From: Candidatus Parcubacteria bacterium
GTDB taxonomy: Bacteria > Patescibacteriota > Minisyncoccia > Phycocordibacterales > UBA918
Direction of reading: 5' to 3'
NCBI GenBank assembly: GCA_021731405.1
Contig: JAKFXN010000005.1
Coordinates: forward strand, 169,892 to 233,891
DNA length: 64,000 nt
The number at the start of each line of letters is the position of its first letter. The first letter of the stretch is position 1. Shown piece after piece: positions 9,786-18,199 of this stretch. Both the position numbers and the translations under genes were made by a program. The notes under the pieces are model-generated. The model made no database searches. It was not told where the DNA came from and was given only the letters and a program-made list of their open reading frames with translations.

Positions 9786-10820
9786 TTAAAAGTCAGCAAA
9801 AATTCTTTTCTCTTTCGCGTCGATCCGCACTTGTCCGCCATACGGCATCGAGATCTGTGGGTCTGCGTGACCAAAGTTCATATTCTGAACTACTGGAATA
9901 GTTTGGTTATAGGTACGAACCGCACGTAACACCGCCTCAAGCTGCAGCTTTCGATATACTTCTTTTTGTTCAGCGGTATTTGGCTTATCAAATTCCCACG
10001 CCTTAGGTCGCCCCACAAGTACACCTTTCACACACCCGAGAATCCCTCGCTCACCTAGGGCTCGAAACACCCGAAATACATACTCAGCTGTTGGCAACTC
10101 TTCTGAAGTCTCAAGCATCAGCACAATATTCTCAAACTGCTCAAGCGTTGGAATTAGTACGTCATGTCGTAACATCTCATCTACCGACTCAACGCATCCG
10201 CCCCAAAGTAAACCTTGTCCATCTATATCTCCGTCCCAGACATGACCAATGTTTGACCAAACTTGTCGTTTGATCGGGAGCAAAGATTCATCATTCCAAT
10301 CAAGCCCTTCGTCTTTGTACACATCTGAAGCTGTAAGCTCTTGTTCGCCGCTTTCAAACAAAGCTTTCTTAAGATACGCAACCGTATACTCATCCATCTC
10401 ACCCTGCATGGCATACTGTGTCATAATAGAACCGCCGTAATACGAAGGAATGCCATTGAGGAAAAGGAAGTTACAAAAATGTGAGTTGTCACTGTAGCCA
10501 AAGAAAGGCTTCGGATTATTTACAAACGGTTCTAGTGGAAGGTTTTTTATATACGTCACCTGGTCATCTCCACCAATAGTAGCTATAACAGCTTTTATTT
10601 CTGAGTCAGAAAATGCCGCCATCAAATCATCAGCTCGTTCTTTTGCGCTCGCCCCTAGCTTTGATGTAGTTGGATATTCAACCGGTACGAGACCAAACTC
10701 TTCCTCTAGCCTTTTGAGGCCAAGTTTATATACCTCTGGAAAAAGTGCGGGTGCAGCAAAGCTCGGCGACACAATAGCGACCTTATCTCCCTTGGTTAGT
10801 TTTCTAAGCTGGTGGCTCAT
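9786..10820 (-). CDS. LD-carboxypeptidase (peptidase S66, LdcA/MccF-like)
   Basis: N-terminal LRKLTKGDKVAIVSPS and the central GYSDNSHFCNFLFLNG stretch, assigned to the S66 LdcA/MccF family by overall similarity. 344 aa. Confidence 0.8.
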   Translation of the reverse strand: MSHQLRKLTKGDKVAIVSPSFAAPALFPEVYKLGLKRLEEEFGLVPVEYPTTSKLGASAKERADDLMAAFSDSEIKAVIATIGGDDQVTYIKNLPLEPFVNNPKPFFGYSDNSHFCNFLFLNGIPSYYGGSIMTQYAMQGEMDEYTVAYLKKALFESGEQELTASDVYKDEGLDWNDESLLPIKRQVWSNIGHVWDGDIDGQGLLWGGCVESVDEMLRHDVLIPTLEQFENIVLMLETSEELPTAEYVFRVFRALGERGILGCVKGVLVGRPKAWEFDKPNTAEQKEVYRKLQLEAVLRAVRTYNQTIPVVQNMNFGHADPQISMPYGGQVRIDAKEKRIFADF

Positions 10821-11014
10821 TCAGTGAATAATATCACAGGTTTTGTAGAATTTTGCTCTAATATTCTTTTCGTTTGCGTAAGCAATCTCGAGAATAAACT
10901 GTATCTACGCCAAACAAGGATTGGTAGAATGACTAATTTTAAAATTCTTTAAATAGAGATTTTATTCCCAGTTCCTTGCTTTTTGTTTACCTTAGATTAC
11001 TATTCTTATAAATT

Positions 11015-11500
11015 ATGCCCATGCGCCTTTTTACAAATTCCAGCTTCTGGGCACAGGTATTTCTTACAAATCTCACTTCCTTGCTAATTGTGTATTTTGC
11101 AGAAGAAGCGATTTTTCGTGACACTGTCTCCGTTCCAGGCGGTGTATACGCAATATTTGCTTTTCTCTTAATTACCACTATTTTCCCATGCTTAGCATTT
11201 CTGTTTATATTTAGACACAAAACACCTTCAGATACCCTACTAGACAATAGAGTCTTATGGCTTTGCACTTTGATAGTTGGAAGTGCATACATTTCTGGAA
11301 TTTCAACTTCCAGTGTATCAGCGGCCACAATACTAGATATAGTGGCCGTTTCAGTCTTTTACATTACGGGTTTCAGACTATTACAAATGAATGAAAATGG
11401 ATTAGGTACCGGAGAGAAATTACAATCAGCAATCAAAAATTTCTTAAAGATATTTGCTGTTTCAGTCTCAATAGCTCTAATGATTCTGTTTCTTTTTTGA
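11015..11500 (+). CDS. Multi-pass membrane protein (hypothetical), in an AT-rich islet
   Basis: 4-5 hydrophobic helices. Low-GC context next to tRNA-Ser. Confidence 0.35.
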   Translation: MPMRLFTNSSFWAQVFLTNLTSLLIVYFAEEAIFRDTVSVPGGVYAIFAFLLITTIFPCLAFLFIFRHKTPSDTLLDNRVLWLCTLIVGSAYISGISTSSVSAATILDIVAVSVFYITGFRLLQMNENGLGTGEKLQSAIKNFLKIFAVSVSIALMILFLF

Positions 11501-11722
11501 TTTAATCTTTCTATATAGAGCAACGACAATTATGTATACGCCCGCGAACTCTATCGTTGCCTGAATGGTTAGCAGTAACAAAGAATTCGTATCAGTATTA
11601 AAAACTAGTCTTGGCAGAAAAAGCAACAGAGCACCTACCAATAAAGCAGTTGGTAGACTGTTAAGTGTATTTTCTAAAAAAGAGAAGTTTTTCATATTTT
11701 TTGAACTTAGACTATAAAACAC
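11477..11722 (-). CDS. Small membrane protein (hypothetical)
   Basis: 81 aa, two hydrophobic helices, AT-rich. Confidence 0.25.
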   Translation of the reverse strand: MFYSLSSKNMKNFSFLENTLNSLPTALLVGALLLFLPRLVFNTDTNSLLLLTIQATIEFAGVYIIVVALYRKIKSKKKQNH

Positions 11723-11754
11723 AGAGGAGGGGGTTCACAGAGCAATATCTTACC

Positions 11755-11997
11755 TTAAAACAATTCAAGATTAATATTACCATAACCAAAAAAAATACTC
11801 AGTATGTTGGCTACAGTATATATAGTAGCCAACAGCAAGGTTCCGCCACCAATCACGAAGACGACACCTACGCCAATAGATTGCAACCATCCGTACCCTT
11901 CATTATCATGAGCTTGTCGAGCAACCACACCAACAAAAGAAACAAGAATAAATATACTAATAATTATATTTATAAGTTCCATATTAAAATTTGCCAA
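11755..11997 (-). CDS. Small membrane protein (hypothetical)
   Basis: 80 aa, two TM helices with Gly-rich packing (VGVVFVIGGGTLLLATI). Confidence 0.3.
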   Translation of the reverse strand: MANFNMELINIIISIFILVSFVGVVARQAHDNEGYGWLQSIGVGVVFVIGGGTLLLATIYTVANILSIFFGYGNINLELF

Positions 11998-12081
11998 AAA
12001 ATCTTACGTGCATGACTTCATTCTACAGCAATAACTTAAGTCTCTATAATAAAATATGACTCTCGTACCAGCACTACTCTG

Positions 12082-12168
12082 CGGAGAGAGGGAGATTCGA
12101 ACTCCCGATTAGGTTACCCCAATACTACCTTTCCAAGGTAGCGCGTTCAGCCACTCTGCCACCTCTCC
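12082..12168 (-). tRNA. tRNA-Ser (anticodon GGA)
   Basis: Reverse complement folds as a cloverleaf. Acceptor stem GGAGAGG/TCTCTCC, anticodon loop TTGGAAA, long variable arm, T-loop GGGAGTTCGAATCTCCC. CCA is not encoded. Confidence 0.85.
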
Positions 12169-12198
12169 GTATTTATTTGATCTTGCCTCTCCGTATAT

Positions 12199-13197
12199 TT
12201 AGATTCGTACATCCTCAATCAGCATCAAGGTTCGCCAGATTGGTTTGAGAACAGAGAGCGCATATGCTTCTAGTTCTTTAGCGTCCGTTGAAGTTGTGCT
12301 GGTGCCAATTTTTATACCATGGTCAGGCAAAAGCATAAACATTTTATTGTGCTTAAAGACAATCCGAATGTTTTCTTTGTATTCTGCCCACCAGTCGTGG
12401 AGCGTTAGCATAAAGTTTGGCGTCAAAATATACCTCGCCTCTACTTCGTTGTTGCTCGCTACATGCAAGTCCTTTTCAAATTGATTCCACTCTAATGTGT
12501 TTTCTTTTACCCTATTTTTGCCACTGACACTATTCCAGAAAGACGTATGTGCAAAACCATATTTGTCTCCTTCGGTGGAGATATAGGTAGTGCCATTAAA
12601 AGCGTTTGGTAACGTCACTTCTATGAGCACTCCTTTAAAAATTTGACGGTAATAGGAGTTTTTTCCTGACTGTTCGTGTTTACTAAGCTCAATTTCCCTA
12701 AGTGTCCAAGGATGTGGTTCGTAGAAACTGTACATATCATCGGCGGTAAGGACATCAAACCCTTCTCCTACTAGTTGGGATTCGCGCAAAATAGCCTCTG
12801 TCTCTTTGCGGTGTACAGCATCGTGGGTGTACAAAGCAAGCCGATTGAAACAACTGGTAATAATTGGGATTAAAGCCAAGTTCATCTCTTGAGCGAGCAT
12901 CTTTTGCTCTTTGTACCAACGGTGTGTGGAGATAATGGTAGCAACCACCAACCCCAAGAGATACATAGTCCCAAGACTTCGAAGCGGACCGGTTAGATAT
13001 CCGTAAATCAAAAACAATACGAGGAGCGAGATAACAAAAACAGAGACAGCAACAATAGCGTAGCGCCTGTTTTTAAGAACAGTGATTCTTCTATCGTGGG
13101 TACGAGTAATGAAGTCGACTATGTCGGCTTTAAAAACTTCCGAGAGACGTTTTTCTAGAGCAACTAAGTTTGGTACATCTGTTTTAACTACAGACAT
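12199..13197 (-). CDS. DUF3137-family membrane protein
   Basis: Two TM helices after an N-terminal cytoplasmic segment, then a roughly 230-aa domain. Assignment is by overall similarity; it is immediately downstream of htpX. Confidence 0.55.
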   Translation of the reverse strand: MSVVKTDVPNLVALEKRLSEVFKADIVDFITRTHDRRITVLKNRRYAIVAVSVFVISLLVLFLIYGYLTGPLRSLGTMYLLGLVVATIISTHRWYKEQKMLAQEMNLALIPIITSCFNRLALYTHDAVHRKETEAILRESQLVGEGFDVLTADDMYSFYEPHPWTLREIELSKHEQSGKNSYYRQIFKGVLIEVTLPNAFNGTTYISTEGDKYGFAHTSFWNSVSGKNRVKENTLEWNQFEKDLHVASNNEVEARYILTPNFMLTLHDWWAEYKENIRIVFKHNKMFMLLPDHGIKIGTSTTSTDAKELEAYALSVLKPIWRTLMLIEDVRI

Positions 13198-13199
13198 AT

Positions 13200-14096
13200 T
13201 TATTTGCCCATCTCACGCAATATACGAATTCTATCTTTTGCTGGTGGATGGGTAGCAAAGAGGCTACTTATCTTTTCACCAATTGATCGCTTACCCTCTG
13301 CCGCAAATGGGTCAGAAATAAACAGATGTGCCGTGGCATGAGAAGCATGTTTCATTGGTTGATGGGCACCACTTATCTTCTCCAACGCTGAAGCCAAGCC
13401 TTCTGGATAACGTGTGAGAAGTGCAGCAGAAGCATCTGCCAAGTACTCTCGCTTGCGAGAGATAGCGAGCTGTATCATTTGAGCAGCAATTGGGGCCAGG
13501 ATAATTCCTGCGATACCAAGCACCAGAAAGATTGGGCTTCGTTCACGGTTGTCGCTACCCATAAATATTGCTCGGGAAAGGAAGTCAGCCAGCATCGCTA
13601 CAAAACCAGCCAAAACCACAGCCACTGTCATCACAAGCATGTCGCGATTACCAATATGTGACATTTCGTGCGCCATTACTCCTTCGATTTCATTTCTATC
13701 GAGTAACGCAAGTAAGCCAGTAGTAGCGGCCACAACAGCGTGTTCTGGATCTCGACCAGTAGCAAAGGCATTAGGCGCGGGATCTTGTACCAAGTACACT
13801 TTTGGCATTGGAAGCCCCGCAGTAATGGAAAGATTTTCCACAATATTGTACAGCTCAGGCGCCTCTGCTTTTGTGACTGGTTTTGCACCTGTCATACTGA
13901 GTACCAATTTGTCTGAGAACCAATAGCTACCAACATTCATCAAGAGGGCAAAGAAAAAAGCGATGTAGATGATGGAAGGATTACCAGTATACCAAGAAGC
14001 TGCGTAGCCAATAGCTACAATAGCAACGAGGAAGCCAGTCATGAGCATCCATGTCTTTCGTACATTACTTGATTGTTGTGTATAGAGTGTTGCCAT
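13200..14096 (-). CDS. htpX: Zinc metalloprotease HtpX (peptidase M48)
   Basis: HEXXH motif MAHEMSHIGNRDM. Four TM segments. Confidence 0.85.
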   Translation of the reverse strand: MATLYTQQSSNVRKTWMLMTGFLVAIVAIGYAASWYTGNPSIIYIAFFFALLMNVGSYWFSDKLVLSMTGAKPVTKAEAPELYNIVENLSITAGLPMPKVYLVQDPAPNAFATGRDPEHAVVAATTGLLALLDRNEIEGVMAHEMSHIGNRDMLVMTVAVVLAGFVAMLADFLSRAIFMGSDNRERSPIFLVLGIAGIILAPIAAQMIQLAISRKREYLADASAALLTRYPEGLASALEKISGAHQPMKHASHATAHLFISDPFAAEGKRSIGEKISSLFATHPPAKDRIRILREMGK

Positions 14097-14126
14097 AGCA
14101 AAAATACCTTACCTTCCTCAGTGTTC

Positions 14127-14510
14127 TTAAAGTGGAATTCCTTGTGGACTTTCGTTTGATTCGTACCCCACATCCTCAGACCATAAAAGATAGTACTGGT
14201 GTTTGAAACCACCTTTCTTGAGCAAGTTTTCATTTCGGGCCGCCGCTACTTCTTCTGGGGTGATTTCTAGTTGTCCCATAATAGTGTCAAACACCATCAT
14301 GAGATCAGCATACTCAGCCAAAAATTCTTCTTTGGTTCGTACCATGGCGAGTGAGTTGGCTTCTTCTTTAATCTTTTTAAAGAGTTCTTGCTGAAACTCC
14401 TGCACGTCGGTAATCTGACGCACCTCGCACGCTTCACGCTTAGCGTGAATCATATCCGGTACATTGTCGCGAATCAATTTGTTGTAATAAACACGTGTTA
14501 TTTCTGACAT
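14127..14510 (-). CDS. MazG-like all-alpha nucleotide pyrophosphohydrolase (putative)
   Basis: 127 aa, helical, with EEFLAEYADLMMVFDTIM-type motif. Confidence 0.45.
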   Translation of the reverse strand: MSEITRVYYNKLIRDNVPDMIHAKREACEVRQITDVQEFQQELFKKIKEEANSLAMVRTKEEFLAEYADLMMVFDTIMGQLEITPEEVAAARNENLLKKGGFKHQYYLLWSEDVGYESNESPQGIPL

Positions 14511-14523
14511 ACCTAAGAAAAGT

Positions 14524-15102
14524 TTAGAAACTAACCTTCACCGGTTCACGTTCTGTACTCCCTTCTGCGAGCTCGAAGAATTGTTCTTCTTTGAAGTTGA
14601 AAGCGTTACCAATAAGGTTTGATGGGAATGATTGTAGACCAATCTTAAGATCGCGCACATTGCCGTTATAGAAACGGCGAGCCGCTTGAATTTTGTTTTC
14701 AGTATCTGTAAGTTCGGTTTGTAGTTGAGCGAAGTTTTGGTTGGCTTTAAGGTCAGGATACGCCTCTGCTACTGCAAGCAGCTTACCAAGTGATGCTCCA
14801 AGGGCTGACTCTGCTCCAGCCATGGCTGTAATCTGTTCAGCCGTGATGTTGGTTGGGTCTACGTGCACCTGTGTTGCTTTTGCTCGCGCATTAGTCACTT
14901 CTTCAAATACACCCCGCTCATGAGCAGCATAGCCCTTAACGGTCTCAATAAGATTAGGGATAAGGTCATATCGACGCTTAAGTTGTACATCAATGTCAGC
15001 CCACGCTTCTTTTGTGCGCTGAGTAAGCTTAACAAAGTTGTTGTAGGCGTAGATAACATAGAATACCGCTACACCAAGTCCTCCAATAAGAATCCAGTTC
15101 AT
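14524..15102 (-). CDS. lemA: LemA family protein
   Basis: N-terminal TM followed by a conserved LemA core (WADIDVQLKRRYDLIPNLIETVKGYAAHE…). Confidence 0.8.
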   Translation of the reverse strand: MNWILIGGLGVAVFYVIYAYNNFVKLTQRTKEAWADIDVQLKRRYDLIPNLIETVKGYAAHERGVFEEVTNARAKATQVHVDPTNITAEQITAMAGAESALGASLGKLLAVAEAYPDLKANQNFAQLQTELTDTENKIQAARRFYNGNVRDLKIGLQSFPSNLIGNAFNFKEEQFFELAEGSTEREPVKVSF

Positions 15103-15179
15103 AAAGTTAAAAAGTTAAATGTAATACAATCCGCTTTTACGCTACCGAAATTATACCATATTTCTCAGTTGGGTTAGCA

Positions 15180-15206
15180 AAAAGCACGGCCTTGGCCGTG
15201 CTTTTT
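15180..15206. terminator. Rho-independent terminator downstream of groEL (bidirectional)
   Basis: aaaagcacggcc-tt-ggccgtgcttttt. Confidence 0.6.
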
Positions 15207-15226
15207 AATACGTATACGTGAATGTT

Positions 15227-16882
15227 TTAGTACATTCCTCCACCCATACCACCCATTCCTCCCATATCTGGCATGCCAGACTTTTCTGGTTCTGGTTCAT
15301 CTGCTACCGCGCACTCGGTAGTAAGAAGAATTCCCGCTGCTGATACAGCATGCTGTACTCCAGCTCGTTCTACCTTCACTGGGTCGATGATACCTGCCTT
15401 AATCATATCTTCTACCATTTCACCTTTAGCGGCATCATAACCAGCATTTCCGCCTGCCTCTTTTACCTTCTGTACAATCACTGCGCCATCTACCTTGCCA
15501 GTATTGTCAGCGATTTGCTTCAGTGGCATCTCCAGTGCCTTGAGTACAATGTTGTACCCTACAAGCTCTTCTGCAGTCAAAGACTTTTTAGAAAGCATTT
15601 CCTTTTCTACAATTGAGGCTGCTCGTGCCAGAGATGTTCCACCTCCAGGCACAATTCCTTCTTCAATTGCAGCGCGGGTAGCGTTTACCGCATCTTCAAT
15701 CTTAAGCTTCAAGTACTTCATCTCAGTTTCAGTGGCAGCTCCCACCTTAATCACGGCTACACCACCTGAAAGTTTTGCGATTCTCTCTTCGAGTTTTTCT
15801 TTATCAAACTTTGAAGTTGTTGATTCGATCTGACTCTTAAGAGCTTTTACTCGTTCGGTAATAGCTGACTTTTCGCCTGCTCCACCAACAATCACCGTAT
15901 TGTCTTTAGTAGACACTACTCGATCGGCCTTTCCGAGTTGTGAAAGCTCTGTATTTTCTAACTTAAGTCCAATGTCTTCAGAAATTACTGTTCCACCAGT
16001 AGTGACCGCAATATCAGCCAAGAGTTCTTTCTTTCGGTCACCGTAGCCAGGAGCTTTTACCGCCAAGACCGAAAATCCACCCTTGAGCTTATTTACTACA
16101 AAGGTAGCGAGGGCTTCACCATCTACATCATCAGCAATGATAATGAGTTCTTTCTTTCCCGTAGCGGCAATTTTCTCAAGGAGCGGCAAAATCTCTGCCA
16201 CCGCTGTGATTTTCTTATCTGTAATGAGAATTTGGGTGTTTTTGTATTCTGCTTCCATTCGTTCTGGATTAGTGACCATATATGGAGACACATATCCTTT
16301 ATCGAATTGCATTCCTTCAGTGAACTCTGTCTCAATACCAAATGATTGTGACTCTTCTACTGTCACCACACCATCCTTACCAACACGGTCGATTGTTTCA
16401 GCGATTTTTTCTCCGAGCTCAGCGCTCTCAGCTGAAATAGTAGCGACCTGCTTAATCTCATCAACTGAACTAATCTTCGTTGCCATTCCGCGCAGCGCTT
16501 CTACTACATCAGCTGAAGCATGCTCCATGCCGGTACGTACTGCCATTGAGTTGAGGCCCATAGTAGTCTGTTTCAAGCCTTCTGTGACGAGAGCCTGCAT
16601 GAGGACAGTAGCGGTGGTAGTACCGTCTCCAGCTAGCTCATTGGTCTTGTTGGCTACTTCTTTGATGAGCTCAGCGCCCATGTTTTCAAACTTGTCCCGA
16701 AGGGTGATTTCTCGGGCAATCGAAACACCGTCGTTCGTGATAGTTGGACCACCAAAACCTTTATCGAGAATCACGTTTCGTCCGCGGGGTCCAAGAGTGA
16801 CCTTCACCGCGTTTGCTACCGTGTCCACTCCTTTCTGCAACTTCTTCTTTACTTCTTCTCCAAAAATTACTTGTTTAGCCAT
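15227..16882 (-). CDS. groL: Chaperonin GroEL
   Basis: 551 aa, GroEL signature with C-terminal GGM repeats (MGGMGGMGGGMY). Confidence 0.95.
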   Translation of the reverse strand: MAKQVIFGEEVKKKLQKGVDTVANAVKVTLGPRGRNVILDKGFGGPTITNDGVSIAREITLRDKFENMGAELIKEVANKTNELAGDGTTTATVLMQALVTEGLKQTTMGLNSMAVRTGMEHASADVVEALRGMATKISSVDEIKQVATISAESAELGEKIAETIDRVGKDGVVTVEESQSFGIETEFTEGMQFDKGYVSPYMVTNPERMEAEYKNTQILITDKKITAVAEILPLLEKIAATGKKELIIIADDVDGEALATFVVNKLKGGFSVLAVKAPGYGDRKKELLADIAVTTGGTVISEDIGLKLENTELSQLGKADRVVSTKDNTVIVGGAGEKSAITERVKALKSQIESTTSKFDKEKLEERIAKLSGGVAVIKVGAATETEMKYLKLKIEDAVNATRAAIEEGIVPGGGTSLARAASIVEKEMLSKKSLTAEELVGYNIVLKALEMPLKQIADNTGKVDGAVIVQKVKEAGGNAGYDAAKGEMVEDMIKAGIIDPVKVERAGVQHAVSAAGILLTTECAVADEPEPEKSGMPDMGGMGGMGGGMY

Positions 16883-16894
16883 AGATATTATTAA

Positions 16895-17227
16895 TTAACT
16901 GACGAATATACCTAAGATGCTGCCTTCTCCCACAATGAAATAGTCATTCTTTTCAATTTTCACTTCGTCATATCCGTACTTTGAGAAGATAATTCTGTCT
17001 CCTACCTTTACATCAAGTGGAATACGCTTTTCACCATCTTCATCCCATTTTCCAGCGCCCACAGCAATGACAATGCCCTGCTCTGGTTTTTCTTTCTTAG
17101 CGGTATCAGGAATGATGATGCCTGAAGGCGACACTGCACCAAACTCCTCTTCAGCGAGCGGTCGTACGATAACCCGGTCTCCCAAAGGCTTGATTGGACT
17201 TTCGTTTATTTTAGTATTGTCTGACAT
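16895..17227 (-). CDS. groS: Co-chaperonin GroES
   Basis: KPLGDRVIVRP motif. The likely true start is the MSDNTK Met; the track start is a TTG upstream. Confidence 0.9.
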   Translation of the reverse strand: MSDNTKINESPIKPLGDRVIVRPLAEEEFGAVSPSGIIIPDTAKKEKPEQGIVIAVGAGKWDEDGEKRIPLDVKVGDRIIFSKYGYDEVKIEKNDYFIVGEGSILGIFVS

Positions 17228-17327
17228 ATATTTTGAGTGCTTTTTAAGCAAGAAAAACTGTTAAAAGGTTCAATTTTTGTTTGTGTTACTACGCCAAAAA
17301 TCCGTTTCGTCCCACGTAGCGGGAGTT

Positions 17328-17355
17328 ATTATACGACACTAGAGAACCCTGTCAA
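17328..17355 (-). promoter_or_regulatory. Sigma70 consensus promoter for groES-groEL
   Basis: On the minus strand: TTGACA, 16-nt spacer, TATAAT, about 95 nt upstream of the groES ATG. Confidence 0.5.
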
Positions 17356-17368
17356 AATAAATGAAAAT

Positions 17369-17785
17369 TTACTTCTTTATGTTTCGATACCGTCTGCGGG
17401 CAAAATAAAAATCAAGAGTAGAAGAGACGACTCGAATCGCTCGCCAAGCACGTAAAATACGGAGCGCTCGAGCCGCGTCAGCCGTAACAGGAATTGATGA
17501 CACAAAGTCGAGCCAGTTATTTCGCCAGTATTCTCTAGCAGAATATTTAGTATTAAAACACAAACCCAACATAAAATCGGTCAGAAAAATGCAAGCAATA
17601 ATCAGATCGATTTGAATTGTATAGAAAACAACCGAAGGCTGAGCAAACGGCGAAAACTCATATGCCAGCATTGCCAAACTAGTGAGCGCTAAGAAAATAA
17701 AGGTTAGCGCATACCACGGGTTACCTTGGAGCTTGGTGACCATGAGTGAGAATCTATTCATTATTAGTATAGTAACACGGGACAC
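17369..17785 (-). CDS. Small membrane protein with S4-like arginine-repeat helix (ion-channel-like fragment)
   Basis: RALRILRAWRAIRVV (Arg every third residue) after 2-3 TM helices. Confidence 0.4.
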   Translation of the reverse strand: MSRVTILIMNRFSLMVTKLQGNPWYALTFIFLALTSLAMLAYEFSPFAQPSVVFYTIQIDLIIACIFLTDFMLGLCFNTKYSAREYWRNNWLDFVSSIPVTADAARALRILRAWRAIRVVSSTLDFYFARRRYRNIKK

Positions 17786-17873
17786 ATCTCCATATTGGGA
17801 GCATGAGAACCTTAAAAATCCTCAACTCTGAGTTCTTGCCACCTCCTCTACTTTCTGATATTATCGCTGTCAC

Positions 17874-18113
17874 ATGGAAATCATACAAACAGTGCAACCA
17901 GCACTGCCTTACGTTCAGATAATTCTCTCTATCTTACTTGTAGCCTCAATCTTGCTTCAACAGCGTGGTTCAAGTCTAGGAGGAGCATTTGGCGGAGACA
18001 ACTTCAGTTCAGCTTTCCACAAGCGACGTGGTGCCGAACTATTTCTATTCAAGCTTTCGATTGGAATAGCGATTCTTTTCGTGTTGTCTACCTTCGTGAA
18101 CATTCTTGTATAA
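17874..18113 (+). CDS. secG: Preprotein translocase subunit SecG
   Basis: 79 aa, two TM helices, SecG-type motif LLQQRGSSLGGAFGG. Confidence 0.7.
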   Translation: MEIIQTVQPALPYVQIILSILLVASILLQQRGSSLGGAFGGDNFSSAFHKRRGAELFLFKLSIGIAILFVLSTFVNILV

Positions 18114-18199
18114 GCCTTCCAAGTAGCTTATTAGTCTGATTTATCAGAACCAACTAAGTTGAGTTCGCTCTTCTTATTGTTTAGAGCCCCAACGTACAT

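Noticed and set aside
10987-11328. 113-aa minus ORF overlapping 11015..11500
   Set aside because: It overlaps the more plausible hydrophobic + strand membrane-protein ORF in an AT-rich region. Only one of the pair is likely real, and the + ORF has coherent TM periodicity.
12162-12196. 11-nt direct repeat cctctccgtat at the tRNA-Ser 5' end and 24 nt further
   Set aside because: Too short and on the 5' side of the tRNA. No integrase or matching distal repeat was found, so it is not convincing as an att site.
15350-16898. + strand ORFs up to 271 aa
   Set aside because: Antisense to groEL; Ser/Thr-rich low-complexity translations typical of shadow ORFs.
17228-17260. Possible CIRCE operator upstream of groES
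   Set aside because: Only the half-site AGCACTC is present; no inverted partner at N9 spacing. It is therefore not called as a regulatory feature.
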